A stretch of 64,000 nucleotides of DNA from Macrostomum hystrix. Lineage: Eukaryota; Animalia; Platyhelminthes. Position numbers and translations under genes: made by a program. The stretch is from contig CATNEN010000039.1 of NCBI GenBank assembly GCA_950097015.1, forward strand, positions 2,976,001 through 3,040,000. Direction: 5' to 3'. The notes under the pieces were generated by a model. That model was not told the origin of the DNA. It was given only the letters and a program-made list of their open reading frames with translations, and searched no databases. Shown piece after piece: positions 52,001 through 64,000 of the stretch. Within the stretch, counting starts at the first letter, position 1. Each line of letters opens with the position of its first letter.

Positions 52001-54998
52001 GTTGTGGGTTGGGTTCTGGTGTGGGTTGGGTTCTGGTGTGGGTTGGGTTCTGGTATAGGTTGGGTTCTGTTGTGGGTTGGGTTCTGGTGTGGGTTGGGTT
52101 CTGGTGTGGGTTGGGTTCTGGTGTGGGTTGGGTTCTGTTGTGGGTTGGGTTCTGGTGTGGGTTGGGTTCTGGTATAGGTTGGGTTCTATTGTGGTTTGGG
52201 TTCTGGTGTGGGTTGGGTTCTGGTGTGGGTTGGGTTCTGGTATAGGTTGGGTTCTGGTGTGGGTTGGGTTCTGGTGTGGGTTGGGTTCTGGTATAGGTTG
52301 GGTTCTGTTGTGGGTTGGGTTCTGGTGTGGGTTGGGTTCTGTTGTGGGTTGGGTTCTGGTGTGGGTTGGGTTCTGGTATAGGTTGGGTTCTATTGTGGTT
52401 TGGGTTCTGGTGTGGGTTGGGTTCTGGTGTGGGTTGGGTTCTGGTATAGGTTGGGTTCTGGTGTGGGTTGGGTTCTGGTGTGGGTTGGGTTCTGGTATAG
52501 GTTGGGTTCTGTTGTGGGTTGGGTTCTGGTGTGGGTTGGGTTCTGTTGTGGGTTGGGTTCTGGTGTGGGTTGGGTTCTGGTGTGGGTTGGGTTCTGGTAT
52601 AGGTTGGGTTCTGTTGTGGGTTGGGTTCTGGTGTGGGTTGGGTTCTGGTGTGGGTTGGGTTCTGGTGTGGGTTGGGTTCTGTTGTGGGTTGGGTTCTGGT
52701 GTGGGTTGGGTTCTGGTATAGGTTGGGTTCTATTGTGGTTTGGGTTCTGGTGTGGGTTGGGTTCTGGTGTGGGTTGGGTTCTGGTATAGGTTGGGTTCTG
52801 GTGTGGGTTGGGTTCTGGTGTGGGTTGGGTTCTGGTATAGGTTGGGTTCTGTTGTGGGTTGGGTTCTGGTGTGGGTTGGGTTCTGTTGTGGGTTGGGTTC
52901 TGGTGTGGGTTGGGTTCTGGTATAGGTTGGGTTCTATTGTGGTTTGGGTTCTGGTGTGGGTTGGGTTCTGGTGTGGGTTGGGTTCTGGTATAGGTTGGGT
53001 TCTGGTGTGGGTTGGGTTCTGGTGTGGGTTGGGTTCTGGTATAGGTTGGGTTCTGTTGTGGGTTGGGTTCTGGTGTGGGTTGGGATCTGATGTGGGTTGG
53101 GTTCTGTTGTGGGCTTGGTTCTGTCGTGGGTTGGGTTCTAGTGTGGGTTGGGTTCTGGTGTGGGTTGGGTTCTGGTGTGGGTTGGGTTCTGGTGGGGGTT
53201 GGGTTCTGGTGGGGGTTGGGTTCTGGTGGGGGTTGGGTTCTGGTGTGGGTTGGGATCTGGTGTGGGTTGGGTTCTAGTGTGGGTTTGGTAACTAACAATG
53301 ACAGATTAAAATCCCTGTGCTCGGCAGCGCCTCAAAGTTTGGCACGGTCGGCTTCGTTGAAGCTGTTCAGGACGAGCTGCGCCGGATGCGGCTGTACGGC
53401 CCGGACCGCATCTTCCTAAGCACCGTGTGCCCCACCTTCCTGAACCCCAGGTCCGGCGGAGTTCTGGTCGGCAAGTCTGTGAAGCCCGGATGCAGGTAAG
53501 CGAATTTTACCTGTCTGACCTCGCCTAGCCAATGACAATCGATTTCGCTACATTTATTTGAGCCCTTTAATCCCACATCATTGGCTCGTTGTGGGAGGTC
53601 GTTGGCAGAGCGGTTGCCGCGTTTGCCTCTCGCACCAAGGTCCCTATGTTCGATTCCACGGCGAGGCCACATTCATTTGGGGCGCAGCCGCGGAGAGAAG
53701 GCCTGGGGGGCTTGTCGTGCAATTTACACCCTTGAGGGCCAACCTCCAAGGAAAAGTGAAGTGTACACAGCCTGACGATGAGAAAGTCAGGGCAGATGTA
53801 CACACCTGTGTGAGCGTGTGCCTGTGTACAGTATCTGTGTGCGTGTGTGCTCAGGAGTCAGCGAAGTGGGCAGATTTGCCTCCTCGCTGGCTGCTAATTT
53901 AGTGTTACTAAATGATGTGCCACTGCCCGCAGCCCTCCTGCAATTATTATTATTATAATCCCACATCATCGTGTCACCACATGAGTTCACCTCATCAAAA
54001 ACAAAATCAATGTCACTTTACTTAATAACACTTGTCTAAATCCATCAATCTTACCTCTTTTAATATTATCCAGTCAATATTTTCCTCACTACGAGAATCT
54101 CACATTCTCTACCTTTCTCCACAATCTCACCCTGGCGATAACATTAAAATAATCTCATTCTATCAATCTCAAAAAACTCTCAACCCTTCAATCTCACCCA
54201 GTCGATATTTCTTCATCAATTGTACTCCATCACTATCAATTCATTTGTCTCACTCCATCAATCCCAGCCTATCAATCCCACTCTATCATTTCCACCCTAT
54301 CAATCTCGCCCTATCAATCCTACCCTATCAATCTCACCCCATCAATCCCACCTATCAATCTCACCCTATCAATCTCACCCTATCAATCTCCCCCTATCAA
54401 TCTCACCCTATCAATCTCACCCTATCAATCTCATCCCATCAATCTCACCCTAATAACCCCACATGATTAATTCCACCCAATTTATCTCACCCTAACAACC
54501 TCACCCTATCAATCTCACCCTATCAATCTCACCCTATTAATCTCACCCTATCAATCTCACCCTATCAATCTCACCCTATCAATCTCACCCTATCAATCTC
54601 ACCCTATTAATCTCACCCTATCAACCCCACATTATTATTTCTACCCATTTAACATCACCCTATTAATCTCACCCTATCAATCGCAGTCTATCAATAGCGG
54701 AATCAATCTCACTCACGCTTTCAGCGCGGACAGCCAGCTGACCCCAGCCTGTGTGGCCCGCAGCATTCTCCGGGCGGTGCAGTTCCGTCAGTCGCTGGTC
54801 TGCGTCCCCGGCTCGCTGGCCAGGAATTTCATTCTTCGCGGGTGAGCACCGGGATTTGTTTTAATCGGCTCTCATTTTGCGCAAATTCAATTTTCAATTT
54901 AATTTATGGTTTTAACTTTTTTCTGTTGCAGTTTTCTGCCGCTGGGAGCAATTCGCGAATTCCAGGACTTCGAGGGCTCCTGCTTCAACGAGATCTGA
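40074..54998 (+). CDS. Short-chain dehydrogenase/reductase, SDR16C-like (RDH10/RDHE2/HSD17B11-13 group); exons 40074-40364, 50627-50866, 51210-51316, 53328-53495, 54725-54841, 54931-54998
   Basis: N-terminal membrane anchor; VLVTGAASGIG; LDILVSNAGV; DVNLMG; GHIVSVASMA; catalytic YSASK formed across the exon 3/4 junction; VCPTF. Splice phases are consistent. Confidence 0.9.
40973..44605. repeat. 20-bp satellite (AATCAATCAGAAACCCATCC)n, left arm, SDR intron 1
   Basis: Tandem array interrupted by an LTR element. Confidence 0.98.
44606..49288 (-). mobile_element. Full-length Ty3/Gypsy LTR retrotransposon (Mag/K02A2.6-like)
   Basis: 312-bp LTRs at 44606-44917 and 48977-49288 (TG...CA), identical by eye; TSD CCTAC at 44601-44605 and 49289-49293; PBS TGGCGACGAG next to the 5' LTR; polypurine tract next to the 3' LTR. 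Confidence 0.98.
44908..48963 (-). CDS. Gag-Pol polyprotein as a single ORF: Gag with 2 CCHC knuckles, protease, RT, RNase H, integrase
   Basis: CFRCLSTRHLASKC and CFKCSKTGHTAKAC; VDTGAS; LPFG...FIDDV; CDASQYG; HVAHPG...CQEC; HIDFAGP..SDNG..NGQAER. Domain order RT-RH-IN is Gypsy-type. The first ATG is about 12 nt inside the ORF. Confidence 0.97.
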   Translation of the reverse strand: MGPAMPAHGIGEFEDSVETWDEYQERLEQHFLAQDITDEGKKRATLLSVCGRKTFQLARSLCSPAKVAGKSYDDICSLLSGHFNPRPSEIVQRFHFNNRAQRAGETVAEFLAELRKLAEFCNFGNSLSDMLRDRLVCGIADQQIQRRLLMEPTLTLDTAKEIARAGESAAINCRSLGSANSAAPTPSTESDAVLRMERQRPEEDSRQLGAESRRRCFRCLSTRHLASKCPFVDKRCFKCSKTGHTAKACKTDALRQQQTHQLVEQVTTSASPDEVSYPFYHLGADRPQSSFPPIRTSVFIEGRQHEMEVDTGASVSLMSERTFKANLDGLVTLSRSTIQLSTYTGQAVRVLGQLSVRVRVSADSDEAQLRLLVVAGDGPSLLGRDWLAQLRLDWQSVKRIGDPAEKLIKEFSDVFQGLGEFNGKPVSISLKETARPKFFKARPVPFALREKVEQQLQKEIDQGVLMPVKNSDWASPIVPVMKSDGSVRVCADFKQGVNTAIRPEAYPLPNIDELFARLTGGQKFSKLDLTNAFMQLPLDEEAQEVCTINTSVGLLRYTRLPFGVSIAPSVFQRVMDNLLRGIPHTASFIDDVIITGEDDASHLHNLREVLRVFKESGLTCKLEKCRFFQDEVTYLGHRIDAEGLHPLDDKVQAVLDAPAPTNTTQLRSFLGLINYYGKFLPNLSSVLAPLHRLLEKNSKWRWDRGEAKAFAAAKQLLTHPSVLVHYNAAEDLYLECDASQYGLGAVIFHRQNGMDKPIAYASRSLSATEKNYCQLEKEALALVFGVRKFHQYLFGREFNLLTDHRPLLGLLGQERPLPTLASGRVQRWALLLTAYRYRLVHRSGTSMLRADALSRLPASSGPKDVPVPPEVIQVMDCLDAGPVTSSDVRNWSRRDATLSQVIRFCLSAWPDKGSLSPDLTPFGKRLQELSVQDGCILWGCRVVIPEACRSSLLESLHVAHPGASRMKSLARSYIWWPGMDCDIEAKAAGCQECQKHQRVGPEVPLQPWPLPTRPWSRIHIDFAGPVQGRMLLVVVDSYSKWIDVHVTSATTSSATIEKLRQTFSAHGLPDAIVSDNGPCFASSEFETFCAKNGIRHIRTPPYHPASNGQAERTVQTVKSSLKKQASDGNSLETQLARFLLSYRTTPHPTTGVAPCELLMRRSLRTLLDVPRPDIAKRVLENQEKQRLQHDSGAHGRSFAEGEAVFVQDFSCGKERSWTRATVVGIEGSNWYQCNLPDNRTVRRHANQMRCDTTHRNVDQQPRGLVCQPPQLPPPLPLAPPPSSTPTTPPPPPPPPPPPPPPTSLHQPPPTPPTMAPQQQQRQDQSPQHVPRRSTRIRKSPDRLNYGGRSVM
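49289..50566. repeat. 20-bp satellite, right arm, SDR intron 1
   Basis: Same unit as 40973-44605. Confidence 0.98.
50930..51180. repeat. 23-bp minisatellite (CCCCAGATCCCAACTCCATCCAA)n in SDR intron 2
   Basis: Tandem units read directly. Confidence 0.92.
51321..53288. repeat. 17-bp G-rich minisatellite (GGGTTGGGTTCTGGTGT)n in SDR intron 3
   Basis: Tandem array beginning immediately after the GTGAG donor. Confidence 0.97.
53582..53955 (+). mobile_element. tRNA-derived SINE copy 4, full length, with a 14-bp TSD
   Basis: TSD TAATCCCACATCAT at 53568-53581 and 53956-53969; A-box TGGCAGAGCGG; B-box GTTCGATTCC; (ATT)n tail. Confidence 0.92.
54290..54685. repeat. 14-bp minisatellite (ATCAATCTCACCCT)n in SDR intron 4
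   Basis: Tandem units read directly. Confidence 0.9.
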
Positions 54999-55444
54999 GA
55001 GCTGGCAATTTTCGTCATTGAATTTTTTCATGAGATTTCCAATCAATTTTATGATGCAGGCGCGCCGACTTTGATTATTTTTCATTCCGCTAGCAGTTTG
55101 TTGTGGGTTTCAACTTTTGTGTTTGCTAACATTTTCACTATTTTTATGCTTTCTTGTCTTTGCCAGGACGTTGTTCTTAGTCTATTGAACCGTGATCTTC
55201 CATTCCATTCGGTGATAATTTTTGCCATCCATGTTGGCGCTATTTTAAAAAGTGTCTTGACTTTTTTTGTAAATACACAGTCTACTGAAAGTAGAGTAGA
55301 GCATGATATCATATTTATCTATCCTAACTGAACACTGCGAAAAACGGATCCGACGATTTAAACAATGACGATTATTTTTAAACTATTGTCTTCTTCAAGC
55401 TTAGGTGTACAAGCGCATCGATTCTGAATGGGAAAAACTTGGCA

Positions 55445-55900
55445 AGACTGAAGGGGAGAAACTAGAGACTGAAGGGGAGAAACTAGAGACTGAAGGGGAG
55501 AAACTAGAGGCTGAAGGGGAGAAACTAGAGACTGATGGGGAGAAACTAGAGACTGAAGGGGAGAAAGTGGAGACTGAAGGCAAGAAACTAGAGACTGAAG
55601 GGGAGGAACTAGAGACTGATGGGGAGAAAGTGGAGACTGAAGGGGAGAAACTAGAGACTGAAGGGGAGAAACTAGAGACTGATGGGGAGAAAGTGGAGAC
55701 TGAAGGGGAGAAACTAGAGACTGAAGGGGAGAAACTAGAGACTGAAGGGGAGAAAGTGGAGACTGAAGGGGAGAAACTAGAGACTGAAGGGGAGAAAGTG
55801 GAGACTGAAGGGGAGAAACTGAAGACTGAAGGGGAGAAAGTGGAGACTGATGGGGAGAAAGTGGAGGAGACTAAAGGGAAGAAAGTGGAGGAGACTGAAT
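55445..55900. repeat. 21-bp minisatellite (GAGACTGAAGGGGAGAAACTA)n
   Basis: Tandem units; translates as (EGEKLET)n, but coding status is unsupported. Confidence 0.92.
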
Positions 55901-56355
55901 TGGTGAAACTGGAGAAGCCATGCTAAGTTATACATCAGAATTCTGTACCCAGATCCTAAAACTCCTGTTCCCTTCATCCTCCAAGCTGGCTCCAGAATGC
56001 TTGCTGCATCCCCCTTAGTAACAATAGACTTGGCTGCCTTTGCCGCATGGGCTGGACCTAGGCGCCTGAAACTGTCCGTACAGTGCGGCGACTAAAAATA
56101 GACACACTTTTTGCACTTGTTATGGGGGAGACTGGGACTCAGGATTTCAAGCCGAGAGAGAGAATGCTTTCCTGTCTTCCCTAGTCCCTCTAATGTCCGT
56201 TCCCCACAGTCTGTGGGTTATTTAGTCCGACAAACTTGTGGCTAAGAAAGCAAAACTGTTTTGGGCATTCAGTGAGCACAGCCCTCCGAAATACCTGCCG
56301 TTTTATCTGCAAGCCCGTCTCGTCCGGCATGAGAAGCTCGGCGCACAGCCGTGGC

Positions 56356-63312
<6,957 letters not shown>

Positions 63313-63331
63313 GTGAGTGAATTCACTCACC

Positions 63332-63507
63332 TGAGCATTCACCAATTCCTCATTCAAGCATTCACCAATTCCTCATTTGAGCTTTTAAAAACTTATCATT
63401 CGAGCATTCACCAATTCCTCATTCAAGCATTCGTCAATTCCTCATTCGAGCATTCACCAATTCCTCATTTGAGCATTCAAAAACTTATCATTCGAGCATT
63501 CACCAAT
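63332..63507. repeat. 23-bp minisatellite (GCATTCACCAATTCCTCATTCAA)n, cut off by an LTR
   Basis: Tandem units end abruptly at the TG of the putative LTR. Confidence 0.85.
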
Positions 63508-64000
63508 TGTCGCGACTTTCGTCTCTGCCTTCTGTCCTCTATTCACTCTTTGGTTCTCTGCACTTTTCTTGTTTACATCGTCCAGTTCAATCTAGTTCTT
63601 TCTCTCTCGTTATCTCTGCGGCTGATCTCTCATTCTCTATCCTTTCTTTCTTTCCTCCTCTCTGATTGGTCCGCCGCTCACGTTCTAGCCTCCTCTCCTA
63701 CCCTCAGTCGCGCACTCTTGTTATCGTACCGCCAACCCCCCTTCCTTATCGCTCTGTTAAACTTAAATATATTTTGACTCTCGGCCTGAATTGGCTCACA
63801 GCCGTATGAACGGGCTCTTACTGCGAGGACTCAATTTGTTGCATAAGAATTCAAGACATGGCGCCCGAACGGGGACATGGCGCCCGAACGAAATCGAACC
63901 CAAATGTAGAATTATTTTCTGCCAGCTCCTTCTGGCTTTCATCTCATCAGCGTCGTTCTCGTCCGCCGGCCTGCATTGATTTTGCATAAAACGATCTTCG
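63508..64000 (+). mobile_element. 5' LTR (63508-63858) and PBS of a second LTR retrotransposon running off the window
   Basis: TGTC...GACA segment followed at once by TGGCGCCCGAACGGGGAC, 17/18 identical to the tRNA-Lys(UUU) PBS TGGCGCCCGAACAGGGAC. Second LTR and ORFs are not in the window. Confidence 0.75.

Noticed and set aside
51321-53288. Telomere-like array
   Set aside because: The unit is 17 bp, not TTAGGG, and it is bounded by splice sites within a gene.

Overview
Eukaryotic (animal) genomic DNA with GC-rich exons, GT-AG introns and many minisatellites. The style resembles a free-living flatworm such as Macrostomum; this is inference only. Spliced genes reconstructed by hand: a beta-1,3-glycosyltransferase (partial, -), TTC38 (+), a TPD52-family gene (-), ODAD1/CCDC63-like (-), AIFM3-like (+), an SDR16C-like dehydrogenase (+) and the 5' part of a divergent IP3-receptor-like channel (+). 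Also present: an intronless signal peptide/PAN-like/C-type lectin gene split by a 1-nt frameshift, with an inverted partial copy, and an orphan ORF. Mobile DNA: an intact Ty3/Gypsy (Mag-like) LTR element with matching LTRs and a 5-bp TSD inside an intronic satellite, the 5' end of a second LTR element with a doubled tRNA-Lys-type PBS, an internally deleted mariner, four copies of a tRNA-derived SINE and a decayed LINE. The most notable item is absent from the ORF track as a unit: a two-exon gene nested antisense in intron 2 of the ITPR-like gene. It encodes a 90-aa secreted precursor (signal peptide, cationic amphipathic GFWSNVVQSVKNLFSNK-GK, acidic tail) that looks like a host-defence or signalling peptide. 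Most long ORFs in the track are artefacts of tandem repeats.
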